A DNA stretch of 64,000 nt, from contig JAMCTH010000009.1 in NCBI GenBank assembly GCA_023379025.1, positions 69,092 through 133,091 on the forward strand. The letters are read 5' to 3'. A model generated the notes under the pieces. The model was not told where the DNA came from. It worked only from the letters and a program-made list of their open reading frames with translations, and did not search any database. The position numbers and the translations under genes were made by a program. Position 1 is the stretch's first letter. Each line of letters opens with the position of its first letter. This document shows, in pieces, positions 49,547 through 58,226 of this stretch. This DNA comes from Patescibacteria group bacterium (GTDB lineage: Bacteria > Patescibacteriota > Microgenomatia > UBA10105 > UBA927).

Positions 49547-49648
49547 CCGCGTGGTCTAACAGAAGGAAGGGTATTCGTTCGTTCACTACAATGCTGGGGA
49601 TAAAGACGTTTTGCCGATACCGCGATGGAGCACTATGGCAATGCCAAT

Positions 49649-50116
49649 TTATACCATGATCGGCAGCGGAAACGGTGCGTTCCGGTATGTGCGGTAGAGT
49701 TCGATGGTTTCTTTATGATCAAACGCAAACGTCTTGCCGGACAATTCTTCAAAGGGCATCCAGAGGACCTCGGTCGATTCCCCGTCCGGTTTGCCGGACT
49801 GCCTGATCGGACTGATAATATATTCTAGCACGACGTTTTGCCTGTCCTCTCCCGGCCGCTCGGGGTTGCTGTTAATCCGCAAGAGCGAAACGACTGCCCC
49901 CTCCCAGCCCGTTTCTTCCCTCAGCTCACGGAGCACTCCCTGGGCTGCTGTCTCATCCCGGTTGAGAAATCCTCCGGGAAACGCAAGCTTCCCGCCCTCG
50001 ACGAGAGCGTTTGAACGCCGCACCAGCAGAAGCTTCCCCCTGTCTTCGACGATGGCATGGACGACCACATGCCGGAGGCTGGCAGTATATCCTTTTTCAA
50101 AGGTGCAGGTGATCAT
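49649..50116 (-). CDS. NUDIX hydrolase
   Basis: Nudix box GGFLNRDETAAQGVLRELREETGWEG. Confidence 0.8.
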   Translation of the reverse strand: MITCTFEKGYTASLRHVVVHAIVEDRGKLLLVRRSNALVEGGKLAFPGGFLNRDETAAQGVLRELREETGWEGAVVSLLRINSNPERPGEDRQNVVLEYIISPIRQSGKPDGESTEVLWMPFEELSGKTFAFDHKETIELYRTYRNAPFPLPIMV

Positions 50117-50120
50117 AGGT

Positions 50121-50414
50121 CTAACTGATGGTCACCCCGACGAAGTCGATTTTCGGGAATGTTTTGCGGATCTCGTCCCAAAATTTCTGCGAAAGATTCT
50201 GCGAAAACCGGCCGTAGACGCCGGTTGCCATGTTGGCGCAGAGGCGCCGTTCGTACTCCCGCATGATCTCCACGACCTCCCCGCCGTAGGAATTGAATAT
50301 CTTCTGCCACTTTACCGGGTCAAGCGCGTACTCGTCGTGGATTTCCCTGAAGTTGTCAAACAATTCCTTGTTTTCTTCGGTCATTTTGATCACCATCTTT
50401 TTATATTCGTTCAT
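50121..50414 (-). CDS. hypothetical protein
   Basis: 97-aa ORF between NUDIX and cyclase genes; no motifs. Confidence 0.35.
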   Translation of the reverse strand: MNEYKKMVIKMTEENKELFDNFREIHDEYALDPVKWQKIFNSYGGEVVEIMREYERRLCANMATGVYGRFSQNLSQKFWDEIRKTFPKIDFVGVTIS

Positions 50415-50441
50415 GTGACTATGGTACCAGCGGCATGGCGA

Positions 50442-50975
50442 TTATTCTACTACGGCATAGGCCCTGACCGGACTGCCGTCGCCGGCGCGGATCCTGAGAG
50501 GAACACCAACGAACTGAAACGGTTTATCCGAAAGATTCCGGGTATTGGCGAGGTTTTCGTACGTGATGATACCGTGGGAGAGAAGTGTCTTTTCCACTTC
50601 CTCTATGATGACAAATTCTGCGGCAAGTCCCACAAATCGTGGTTTTATTTTAACTATAAATTGTACGACGTCTAAGGTAATCTGCATATCTGGGAAAATT
50701 ACACCGGCATCACGCTTCATCGCCTCCGGCGCCGTATAAACGACGGCTTTCCCCATAAAATCCCCAATCGTATACGCATCAAGCGTATTTCCCCCGGTAA
50801 TGCCATGAACGGGTACGTTTACATGCGTGCCATCGTGGGTATTCATATGGAGGCGCGCCATATTCCACCCGACCGTCGGGATCGTCTGCACCGGTTCGAG
50901 TACGAACTCCGGATCACCCGGATAGACCGGCATGTGATCGTAGATTGGCAGTGAAAGATCGACGATCCTGCTCAT
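50442..50975 (-). CDS. cyclase family protein (kynurenine formamidase-like)
   Basis: HMNTHDGTHVNVPVH resembles the HxGTHxDxPxH zinc motif of the putative cyclase family. Confidence 0.65.
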   Translation of the reverse strand: MSRIVDLSLPIYDHMPVYPGDPEFVLEPVQTIPTVGWNMARLHMNTHDGTHVNVPVHGITGGNTLDAYTIGDFMGKAVVYTAPEAMKRDAGVIFPDMQITLDVVQFIVKIKPRFVGLAAEFVIIEEVEKTLLSHGIITYENLANTRNLSDKPFQFVGVPLRIRAGDGSPVRAYAVVE

Positions 50976-51166
50976 TGGACTATATGCAACGATATCCGGG
51001 TACAGATCACTCAGTCAACACCGCAAATTTAAAATGCAGAAAACCATTGACAGTGAAAAAGCCGGAACAAAAAAAGAACCTCCCGGGGCTACAATGGTCG
51101 TGTAGCTTCAGTACTCTGGTCCGGAATGGATAGAAACCGGAACTATCCCTTTCATAATAGCAGCCC

Positions 51167-51195
51167 TTGCGCTATAGGACAATAACTGCTATACT
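51167..51195 (+). promoter_or_regulatory. candidate sigma70 promoter (TTGCGC-N17-TATACT) about 160 nt upstream of the DEAD-box helicase gene
   Basis: Hexamers and spacing read directly; AT-rich 350-bp leader region. Confidence 0.25.
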
Positions 51196-51352
51196 ATGCG
51201 GGCAGTTGTATTAAAACGATACATCTGCTTAAGAAAGTTAAGTTTAAGAAGTGTAAGAGAAAAAACGCCCCATCTCCTTTATTATCAGCGTCTTTTCCCC
51301 ATTTCAACGATTTTTCCGACGTAAGCAGTTATATATTTTTAATCCCTTTGTT

Positions 51353-52546
51353 ATGCGGACTACCACAAAATATTTTCATACACAACGATCTGCCCAAGGC
51401 GGAAGAAAGGGGCGGATAAAAACCGTGGCCAAAAGCATACTGCTTGAAACAATCGCCCGAAGTAAACGGGTTATTCCGGAAACACCGGGTACACATGCTT
51501 CACCGGCAGCACCTCATTCATTTGGGGAATTCCCGTTAGATCCGATGTTACAGAAGAATATCAGGGAAAAAGGATATATAACGCCTACCCCCATCCAACA
51601 GCATGTCATCCCTGCCATTCTTTCAAAAAAGGATGTAATCGGTACGGCAAATACGGGAACCGGAAAAACTGCGGCCTTTCTCATCCCTCTCATCCAAAAG
51701 GTTTTACTGGACCGGGCGCAGCGGGTTTTGGTCGTGGCGCCAACAAGAGAGCTGGCAGTTCAAATTACGAAAGAATTGCGGGATCTTTCCCTCGGGTTAT
51801 CCCTGCGCACGGCTATGCTTATCGGCGGTTCGAGTGAATGGAGGCAGACGCGGGACATCCAGCGTGATCCGCATGTTGTCACAGCAACCCCCGGACGGTT
51901 AAAAGAATTTATTGAGAGCAGACGCATCAGACTCTCGGGGTTCCGCAATGTCGTCCTCGACGAGGCAGACCGGATGGTTGATATAGGTTTTATAAACGAT
52001 ATTAACTATTTCATTTCTCTTCTGCCTAAGGAACGGCAGTCATTATTTTTTTCCGCGACAATCTCCGGCAGTGTCGAAGAGATTATGAAGCAATTTGTGA
52101 GAGATCCTGTCCGGATATCCGTGGCCTCTCAGCCGATCGCGACGACCATTATCCAGGACGTCATACATGTTTCTGACAATAAATCAAAGCTGGACACGCT
52201 TCACGATTTGCTGAAAAACAAGGAATTTGAGAAAGTACTGGTCTTCGGAAGAACAAAATATAGCGTTCAGAGGCTTTCTGATGAACTGGTAAAACGCGGG
52301 GTCAAATCCGGCGCCATCCACGGAAATAAGCGGCAAAATCAACGTCGGTATGTGCTCGAACAATTTGCCCGGAGTGAAATCCAGATATTATTCGCTACGG
52401 ATATAGCGAGTCGCGGACTGGATATCCCGAACGTCTCACACGTCATAAACTATGATCTTCCGGAAACGATAGAGGACTACACCCACCGTATCGGTCGGAC
52501 AGGACGGGCCGACAAACAGGGTGTTGCGCTTACCTTCATCGATTAG
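51353..52546 (+). CDS. DEAD-box ATP-dependent RNA helicase
   Basis: Q motif TPTPIQ, motif I ANTGTGKTAAF, motif II VLDEADRM, motif III SAT, motif VI HRIGRTGRA. Confidence 0.9.
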   Translation: MRTTTKYFHTQRSAQGGRKGRIKTVAKSILLETIARSKRVIPETPGTHASPAAPHSFGEFPLDPMLQKNIREKGYITPTPIQQHVIPAILSKKDVIGTANTGTGKTAAFLIPLIQKVLLDRAQRVLVVAPTRELAVQITKELRDLSLGLSLRTAMLIGGSSEWRQTRDIQRDPHVVTATPGRLKEFIESRRIRLSGFRNVVLDEADRMVDIGFINDINYFISLLPKERQSLFFSATISGSVEEIMKQFVRDPVRISVASQPIATTIIQDVIHVSDNKSKLDTLHDLLKNKEFEKVLVFGRTKYSVQRLSDELVKRGVKSGAIHGNKRQNQRRYVLEQFARSEIQILFATDIASRGLDIPNVSHVINYDLPETIEDYTHRIGRTGRADKQGVALTFID

Positions 52547-52735
52547 CCATCTCCACCGTCATAAAGGACGAAACTCGTTTGTTGTACACACATAACAGAA
52601 ATGACCTCTAGCTTCACCTCTCCATGGCACCGGAAAGAACAGGGGTCGCTCTCCCTTATGCGGCACTGAAGGATGGATGATACTGCCTCAGACACGGCGT
52701 AAAACACGCAGTGCCCTCCTATATCCGGAAGGCCA

Positions 52736-52766
52736 TAAAAAACTCCGTGAAACCGGAGTTTTTTAT
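52736..52766. terminator. bidirectional rho-independent terminator between the convergent helicase and cspA genes
   Basis: TAAAAAACTCCG-TGAAAC-CGGAGTTTTTTAT: 7-bp GC-containing stem, with a T-run on the plus strand and an A-run (T-run on minus) upstream. Confidence 0.6.
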
Positions 52767-52788
52767 ATGTACCTTACGCTACTGAGCG

Positions 52789-52989
52789 TTATGCTGCACG
52801 TTTTACATTTTTCGCGTTCGGGCCTTTCGGTCCGTCTACCACGTCAAACGTAACCTTTTCACCGACTTGAAGCTCGTCAAATGTGACGCCTACCAAATCT
52901 TTCGAATGAAAAAAAAGGTCTTTCGATTCGCCCTCACGGGAAATAAAACCAAATCCACGATCCGTTTTCGTTTTAATGGTTCCATTCAT
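52789..52989 (-). CDS. cold-shock protein (CspA family)
   Basis: 66 aa from MNGTIK...; RNP1-like GFGFI and RNP2-like DLFFHSK motifs. The ORF-track N-terminal extension is discarded. Confidence 0.85.
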   Translation of the reverse strand: MNGTIKTKTDRGFGFISREGESKDLFFHSKDLVGVTFDELQVGEKVTFDVVDGPKGPNAKNVKRAA

Positions 52990-53026
52990 AGTGTGTTGTC
53001 TCCTTTCAGTAACCGTAGTATAGCAC

Positions 53027-53287
53027 TTATTGTAGTGAAATATATCGTCGGTTCTCATCCTGCTTCTCTTCAGGGGTTAGAGGAATTGCCCCGGCTCGTG
53101 TATCAACAACGGGTTTATTTCCAGTTAATAAAATCGCTGTTTCTACGACCCGCGGTTTATCAGAAGAATAAATACAATCGAAGTGACCTAAGCGTCTCCT
53201 TTGTTCTGCGGCGGTAACTTTGCCTCTCTTAGTTAACTCTCCCGTCACGTCTTTTTCTGCATGTCTCAAAATGTATATTTCTTTCAT
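53027..53287 (-). pseudogene. truncated histidine-phosphatase (SixA/PGAM-like) fragment
   Basis: MKEIYILRHAEK... carries the N-terminal RHG-type motif (RHA here) but the ORF is only 86 aa and lacks the C-terminal catalytic His. The 3' end overlaps the cspA upstream region. Confidence 0.4.
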
Positions 53288-53319
53288 ATGCGGAAAACTA
53301 TTTACAAAGTTATAACTTA

Positions 53320-53964
53320 CTATAAAACCAATTTTTTAACTTCATCAAGATTAGAGACGATAAAGTCAGGATTAGTCTTTTTTAATTCTTCAAATGAATA
53401 AAATAGATCATATTCTTTTCGTGTAAATAGAACTGTTTTACTTCCAGCCGCTTTTCCCATCAATATATCACTCTTGGAATCTCCAACAACTAACGTCTCT
53501 TTGGCTGTGATTTTCAATTTTTCAATGGCTTTTAGCACGGCTTCCGGGTGAGGTTTGGGGCTGACCACATCATCGGTGCTGATAACAAAATCAAAATAGG
53601 GTTCCAATTTATATTGACCCATCATTTGATCGATATACCATCGATATGCGAAGGTGATTACAATAATTTTGGTGTTACGATCTTTTAGGAAATTCAAAAC
53701 TTCAATGGTGTCGTTGAAAAGTGGAGCATGCTTAAACAAATCTTTTACAGCTGAAAAATATGCTTGAGCAAATAATTCTGTTTTTTCCGGAATCCCGAGA
53801 CTATTACAAATAACATATTCGCTTTTGCCAAAACATTTTTGAGCTATTTCTTTTTCGTCCAACACAAAACCAACGGATCGTAGAGCTACATCGTATGCCT
53901 TAATGTAAAAAGGAAGTGTGTCGGCGAGGGTTCCGTCAAAATCAAAAAGTACTGCCTTAATCAT
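53320..53964 (-). CDS. HAD-family hydrolase (phosphoglycolate phosphatase-like)
   Basis: Motif I VLFDFDGTLADT, motif II/III lysine and GDSKSDI at the C-terminus. Confidence 0.8.
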   Translation of the reverse strand: MIKAVLFDFDGTLADTLPFYIKAYDVALRSVGFVLDEKEIAQKCFGKSEYVICNSLGIPEKTELFAQAYFSAVKDLFKHAPLFNDTIEVLNFLKDRNTKIIVITFAYRWYIDQMMGQYKLEPYFDFVISTDDVVSPKPHPEAVLKAIEKLKITAKETLVVGDSKSDILMGKAAGSKTVLFTRKEYDLFYSFEELKKTNPDFIVSNLDEVKKLVL

Positions 53965-54170
53965 AAAAAATCTTTAGGTTCTACTCCCGCTTCATCTCAG
54001 CTTCAAGCTAAAACACAATTTGAACCTGCGGTGTCTGTTTGAAAATATCCGAACGGAACTCTCTGGGCTCGGCGGGCGGAATTCCCCCCACACCCCCCTT
54101 CCGCCCGCCTCGCCTGCCCGACCGAAACTCTTGAGTGAAGGCGGGAACCGGAGCGGAAAGGACGATTTCA

Positions 54171-54192
54171 AGTTTTTCTTTGGCGGCAAATT
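54171..54192. repeat. 22-bp direct repeat AGTTTTTCTTTGGCGGCAAATT, copy 1 (just 3' of the membrane-protein gene stop)
   Basis: Exact match to 54744-54765; followed in both copies by ...TTCCAAAAG. Confidence 0.7.
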
Positions 54193-54194
54193 TT

Positions 54195-54605
54195 TTACTT
54201 CCAAAAAGTCAAAATCAAAACCATCGCAAAAAGACAGATGACATTTATGAGGTTATTGAAAAACCACCACTTCACAGATTTACCTTCCCACAACACGGGC
54301 CCGATGGTGAGTGGGCCGACAAACGCTATGAATGACCAAAATGTAAACCAGAGCGCATTTGAAACCGCGCTCGTGCCAAGTGCATTAACAAAATATGCGA
54401 GCCCAAATGCCATAAATAAATTCGCAAAGAAAATCCCAACAAGTACTTTCGGATTAGGTTTCTGTTTCGCTTGCGCCTCGGCATCAGCAGAGCCATTGAG
54501 CGTCGCTAACTGCTTTTTGAAAAGAGCCGTATACGCACCGCCGAGAATAAAGCTCATAACGGCTGCGGAAATAATAGCGAGATAATTGAAGGTTATAGTT
54601 TCCAT
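54195..54605 (-). CDS. hypothetical membrane protein (4 TM helices)
   Basis: 136 aa; low-GC DNA; flanked by the 22-bp direct repeats. Confidence 0.5.
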   Translation of the reverse strand: METITFNYLAIISAAVMSFILGGAYTALFKKQLATLNGSADAEAQAKQKPNPKVLVGIFFANLFMAFGLAYFVNALGTSAVSNALWFTFWSFIAFVGPLTIGPVLWEGKSVKWWFFNNLINVICLFAMVLILTFWK

Positions 54606-54743
54606 ATTGATTAAAAATTATTTTGTCTTCTTTATGCTTCGTCTCTTTTGACTTCCTGGCCAGCAGATAGGGCACGACCCGCTCCCCTGATACTTATGCC
54701 CTCGACTGCATATTTTCAATTTTCCTTTTGCGATTCTCATAGT

Positions 54744-54765
54744 AGTTTTTCTTTGGCGGCAAATT
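54744..54765. repeat. 22-bp direct repeat AGTTTTTCTTTGGCGGCAAATT, copy 2 (just 3' of the SRPBCC gene stop)
   Basis: Exact match to 54171-54192. Confidence 0.7.
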
Positions 54766-54773
54766 CTTTTGGC

Positions 54774-55202
54774 TTATTTTTCCAAAAGATTCTTTAGGAC
54801 ATCGAGCATCATTTGCCAATTTTTTTTGGAATGCTCACGGGCTTCTTCGGTTGCATTGTTGTCCTGCGAGAGTGTGACGATTGTTTGCGCTTCGTCACCG
54901 GAAAGCTCTATTGTGACGATGTGATAATTTTCCGGTACATCGGGCTTGCCTGAAAGCGGACTGAAATGACTATATTGCAGTATTCGCTCTTTTTCAAATT
55001 TAAGGATTTTGCCTTTGTCCTCATACGATTTTCCCTGCCATTCTCCCTTCCAGACGATGGAGCTTCCTACCTGCCAATCTGAAACAACATTTGTCCCGAA
55101 CATATATTGTTTGATAATTTCCGGCTTCGTTAATGCTTCCCAAACCTTTGTAGGTGAAGCGTTGATGGCAGTTGATACTTGTGCGATGAGGTTATTGTTC
55201 AT
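54774..55202 (-). CDS. SRPBCC-superfamily protein (AHSA1/activator of Hsp90 ATPase-like)
   Basis: N-terminus ...INASPTKVWEALTKPEIIKQYMFG... and overall about 140-aa length typical of AHSA1-type SRPBCC proteins. Confidence 0.65.
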   Translation of the reverse strand: MNNNLIAQVSTAINASPTKVWEALTKPEIIKQYMFGTNVVSDWQVGSSIVWKGEWQGKSYEDKGKILKFEKERILQYSHFSPLSGKPDVPENYHIVTIELSGDEAQTIVTLSQDNNATEEAREHSKKNWQMMLDVLKNLLEK

Positions 55203-55234
55203 ATTGGTAAATTTACTTCTAGATTTAATCGTTA

Positions 55235-55432
55235 TTATTTTACTAAATCTTCCATTGGAACGCCCAACGCCTTGGCGATCTTGGCGACCGTTTGCACACT
55301 TGGCTTGATGACCACATCGCTCTCAATTTTAGTAAGGGTAGTGTGCTTTACGCCGGATTTTCTCACTAAGTCGTCTTGGGTCAAGCCAAGCTTATTTCGT
55401 GCCCTTTTGATATTCTTGCCAATCGTTGCCAT
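55235..55432 (-). CDS. XRE-family helix-turn-helix transcriptional regulator
   Basis: IKRARNKLGLTQDDLVRKSGVKHTTLTKIESD is a canonical XRE HTH. Confidence 0.75.
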   Translation of the reverse strand: MATIGKNIKRARNKLGLTQDDLVRKSGVKHTTLTKIESDVVIKPSVQTVAKIAKALGVPMEDLVK

Positions 55433-55616
55433 AGTTTCAATACTTTGATATCATTACTTATGTTATATTTATTACAATACTATGATAGCAAAATTATTTC
55501 TTTCTTTCAAGAAAAGCCCGCTTCTGGCCTTACTGAATTCAAAACGGCTTGAAATTTCTCCGAAAAACGGCTGGCGAGCCCGCGTAGCGGGCGAGCCGAG
55601 ACTCTCATTTCCCAAC

Positions 55617-55707
55617 TGGCGGAGAGGGCGGGATTCGAACCCGCGATCACCTTGCGGCGATATGCGCCCTCCAAGCGCACGCACTAGACCAACTATGCGA
55701 CCTCTCC
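55617..55707 (-). tRNA. tRNA-Ser(GGA), CCA encoded
   Basis: GGAGAGG-TC-GCA...TGC-G-TGCGC-TTGGAGG-GCGCA- long variable arm -GCGGG-TTCGAAT-CCCGC-CCTCTCC-G-CCA; type II tRNA with a 3-bp D stem. Confidence 0.85.
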
Positions 55708-55751
55708 AATAAGCCTGATTATACCATCTCTCCGGCATCACCGATGCTATA

Positions 55752-56678
55752 ATGAGCTGTATGTCCCTCCGTACCAAAGCTCTTCTTGCCGTCTTTGCCG
55801 CGGCACTTCTCTGGTCCGGGGCAAACTCGGTCGGGAAAATCCTCGTGACCCATACTAATCCGTTCGTCATCGCGTTCTACCGCTTTACTCTGGCTTCTCT
55901 CATCATCCTTCCCTGGTTTTGGAAAGCCAAAAAGCCCAAAAACTTTGCGTTCCGCCTCTTGCCGCTTGGCATATTCAACGGCGGAAATATCCTTTTTTTC
56001 TATTCAGGCCTCGCGCGGACGACCGCAAATACCTCATCCATCCTCGGCGCGACCGTACCGATCGTGACACTACTCCTCTCCGCCCTCATCATTCACGAAA
56101 CGATCACCGGGAAACGGATTCTCGGAGTGCTCATAGGACTTCTCGGCGCCCTCTTTATCATCATTCTGCCGGAATTGAAACACGGAGCGCCAATCTATGG
56201 AAATTTCTCCGGAAACATCCTGCTTCTCGGAAGCATCCTGAGCTGGACGCTCTATATTATTTCCTCACGGAAAATACTTTCAAAAGATACTTTTGATCCA
56301 GTTCTTGCGCTTGCCATGAACTTCTTTGTGACTTCTGCCATGACCGGACTTGCCGCTCTTCTCACCCATCAGTCGTTTCTGGTGCCGGCATTTTCCGATG
56401 GGAACTATATAGTAGTCTTTCTTTATGCCGTCCTCGGTATCACTATTACGACGTTTTTCCTTTTCCAATGGGCGGTCCAGTATCTTTCGGCAACTACCGT
56501 ATCGCTTAAAGAGTATTTGCAGCTGGTCATTGGAATCGGACTCAATATCCTTATCCTCGGCGAACGGATGACCGTGGAATACGTCCTTGGCAGCATCCTG
56601 GTCGTCATCGGACTCATCGTCGCAACCGGATTGTACACGCCGCACGAGACACTCCGGAAAACCATGGGACGGCAGTAG
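55752..56678 (+). CDS. EamA/DMT family transporter
   Basis: 308 aa, 10 TM helices, duplicated EamA halves. Confidence 0.75.
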   Translation: MSCMSLRTKALLAVFAAALLWSGANSVGKILVTHTNPFVIAFYRFTLASLIILPWFWKAKKPKNFAFRLLPLGIFNGGNILFFYSGLARTTANTSSILGATVPIVTLLLSALIIHETITGKRILGVLIGLLGALFIIILPELKHGAPIYGNFSGNILLLGSILSWTLYIISSRKILSKDTFDPVLALAMNFFVTSAMTGLAALLTHQSFLVPAFSDGNYIVVFLYAVLGITITTFFLFQWAVQYLSATTVSLKEYLQLVIGIGLNILILGERMTVEYVLGSILVVIGLIVATGLYTPHETLRKTMGRQ

Positions 56679-56681
56679 GGA

Positions 56682-57254
56682 TTATTTCGCAAATTCCCTG
56701 TGCAGGGTATCACGGAGGTGCTTCCACCATTCATGAGAATCCGTTTCAGCCAGACTTCCGGCCAGTTCAACGGCTTCGGGGATCCGCAGCCGCTTTGCAT
56801 TGGCGTCCAGCCATTCCCGCGCATGCGTGTTTCCTTTTTCTTCCAGAAGCTTGAGTTCTGCCAGAAATGCGATGACGTTGGCCTCATACACAATCTTGGC
56901 CTCCCGGGTTTCCTGCTTCTCATACGTATTGAGTGTAGCGAGGAGTTCGTCATCCACTCCGGCAAAAATATCGCGGTTTGCTTTGTCCTGATCGCGCGTC
57001 ATATAGAAATGCGCGATTTTGTCAAGGTCGCCGGTCCTGGCTTCATGGAAATCATGAAATACGGCCATGGTCAGAACGGTCTCCAGATGTGCGCCGAGTT
57101 CCTTCCCTAAAAAATATGCGATGACCGCGGTCATAAACGAGTGCTCGCCCACCCCTTCTTCGTTATCCCCAAGGATCTGCCAGCCGGTCCGTTTGAGACG
57201 TTTGACGACCGCTGCCTCATAGATAATATTGGTCACGTGTTTGAGTATTTTCAT
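56682..57254 (-). CDS. HD-domain phosphohydrolase (YfbR-like 5'-deoxynucleotidase type)
   Basis: ...GEHSFMTAVIAYFL...VFHDFHEARTGDL matches the HD motif arrangement of YfbR-type nucleotidases. Confidence 0.65.
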   Translation of the reverse strand: MKILKHVTNIIYEAAVVKRLKRTGWQILGDNEEGVGEHSFMTAVIAYFLGKELGAHLETVLTMAVFHDFHEARTGDLDKIAHFYMTRDQDKANRDIFAGVDDELLATLNTYEKQETREAKIVYEANVIAFLAELKLLEEKGNTHAREWLDANAKRLRIPEAVELAGSLAETDSHEWWKHLRDTLHREFAK

Positions 57255-57283
57255 ACATTCAGGATCACGAACATTTTTCGATG

Positions 57284-57356
57284 CGCTCCCTGGCAGACTT
57301 GAACTGCCATATCAGCCTCCGGAGGGCCGCGCTCTATCCAGTTAAGCTAAGGGAGC
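57284..57356 (-). tRNA. tRNA-Arg(CCG)
   Basis: GCTCCCT-TA-GCTT-AACTGGATA-GAGC-G-CGGCC-CTCCGGA-GGCTG-ATAT-GGCAG-TTCAAGT-CTGCC-AGGGAGC-G; 73 nt; no CCA. Confidence 0.85.
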
Positions 57357-57372
57357 ATTCATCCCGGGCTCA

Positions 57373-57807
57373 TTATACCGCAGCGCGGGTTTCTGCGGCT
57401 ATTGTAGTCAGATCCCCGTCGAGGATAACGGGCTGCATGGCGTGCATTTCAGTGAGGTAATCCATTTTCGGAACAGGATACAACAGGAAAATTTTTTTAC
57501 CGAGCCAAAAGGCAATACCCATTTCGAGAAACGTGTTGCCGCCGATATACCCGGCTATTCCATTTTTTTCGTAATTAAGGACCACGATGGCATCGGCTCC
57601 CTGTATGGCCCGGAAGTGTTCACGGATAAAATCGTGCTCGATTTTAACGTTGATCTTTTCTTCGTCCGTCGTCATATACGATTCGTTCAGTTCATCGTGA
57701 TACGCGCCGGAAGGTATGACGACGAGGTGTCCGGCCTTTTCGAGTGTAGCCTTGGCCGCAATCATCTCCCTATGAAACTGCATACTGCCGCAGATCGTGA
57801 TATTCAT
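57373..57807 (-). CDS. nucleoside 2-deoxyribosyltransferase-like protein
   Basis: MNITICGSMQF...AGHLVVIPS...DAIVVLNYEKNGIAGYIGGNTFLEMGIAFWLGKKIF matches the PF05014-type fold with the conserved Glu in ...FLEMG. Start trimmed so as not to run through tRNA-Ser(CGA). AGGAG RBS upstream of the chosen ATG. Confidence 0.6.
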   Translation of the reverse strand: MNITICGSMQFHREMIAAKATLEKAGHLVVIPSGAYHDELNESYMTTDEEKINVKIEHDFIREHFRAIQGADAIVVLNYEKNGIAGYIGGNTFLEMGIAFWLGKKIFLLYPVPKMDYLTEMHAMQPVILDGDLTTIAAETRAAV

Positions 57808-57941
57808 AATTATTACTCCTCTTTCCGGTAGACAACCGTTGTGACAAATTACGCACACTACAGATAACACAACCTGCCTGCCGGAAGACCGGGATTCGTC
57901 TCGCACTCTTCGGTAGCGGCGGGATCTGCCCCGTAACAGCG

Positions 57942-58027
57942 CGGAGGGTACAGGATTCGAACCTGTGCCTCCCGAATGGGAGAACGGTTTTCGAGACCGT
58001 CGCTTTGAACCGCTCAGCCAACCCTCC
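57942..58027 (-). tRNA. tRNA-Ser(CGA)
   Basis: GGAGGGT-TG-GCT...AGC-G-ACGGT-CTCGAAA-ACCGT- long variable arm (CTCCC/GGGAG stem) -ACAGG-TTCGAAT-CCTGT-ACCCTCC-G; 86 nt. Confidence 0.8.
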
Positions 58028-58152
58028 GCGCTTGTACGGGATTCGAGATCAGCCAATAAAACCGCTCTTGCACACCTCCCGAATCAATTAAGAATTATTC
58101 CGGGTAAACCACACAGCGTTTACGCAGAAATTTCTTCCGAGAAATTATTCTG

Positions 58153-58226
58153 CGTCCCCGGTGAGAGTTGAACTCACAATCTCAGCCTCCGCAGGGCCGC
58201 GCTCTATCCAGTTAAGCTACGGGGAC
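58153..58226 (-). tRNA. tRNA-Arg(GCG) (near-duplicate of tRNA-Arg(CCG) in its 5' half)
   Basis: GTCCCCG-TA-GCTT-AACTGGATA-GAGC-G-CGGCC-CTGCGGA-GGCTG-AGATT-GTGAG-TTCAACT-CTCAC-CGGGGAC-G; 74 nt; anticodon read directly as GCG. Confidence 0.8.

Noticed and set aside
54171-54765. CRISPR array
   Set aside because: Only two copies of a 22-bp repeat separated by 550 bp of protein-coding sequence. No regular repeat-spacer array occurs anywhere in the window, and no cas genes are present.
55472-55870. 132-aa minus-strand ORF
   Set aside because: It reads straight through tRNA-Ser(GGA), so it is not a protein-coding gene.
57808-58056. N-terminal 83-codon extension of ORF 57373..58056
   Set aside because: The extension runs through tRNA-Ser(CGA). 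The downstream Met at 57807 has an AGGAG RBS and begins the recognisable deoxyribosyltransferase-like fold.
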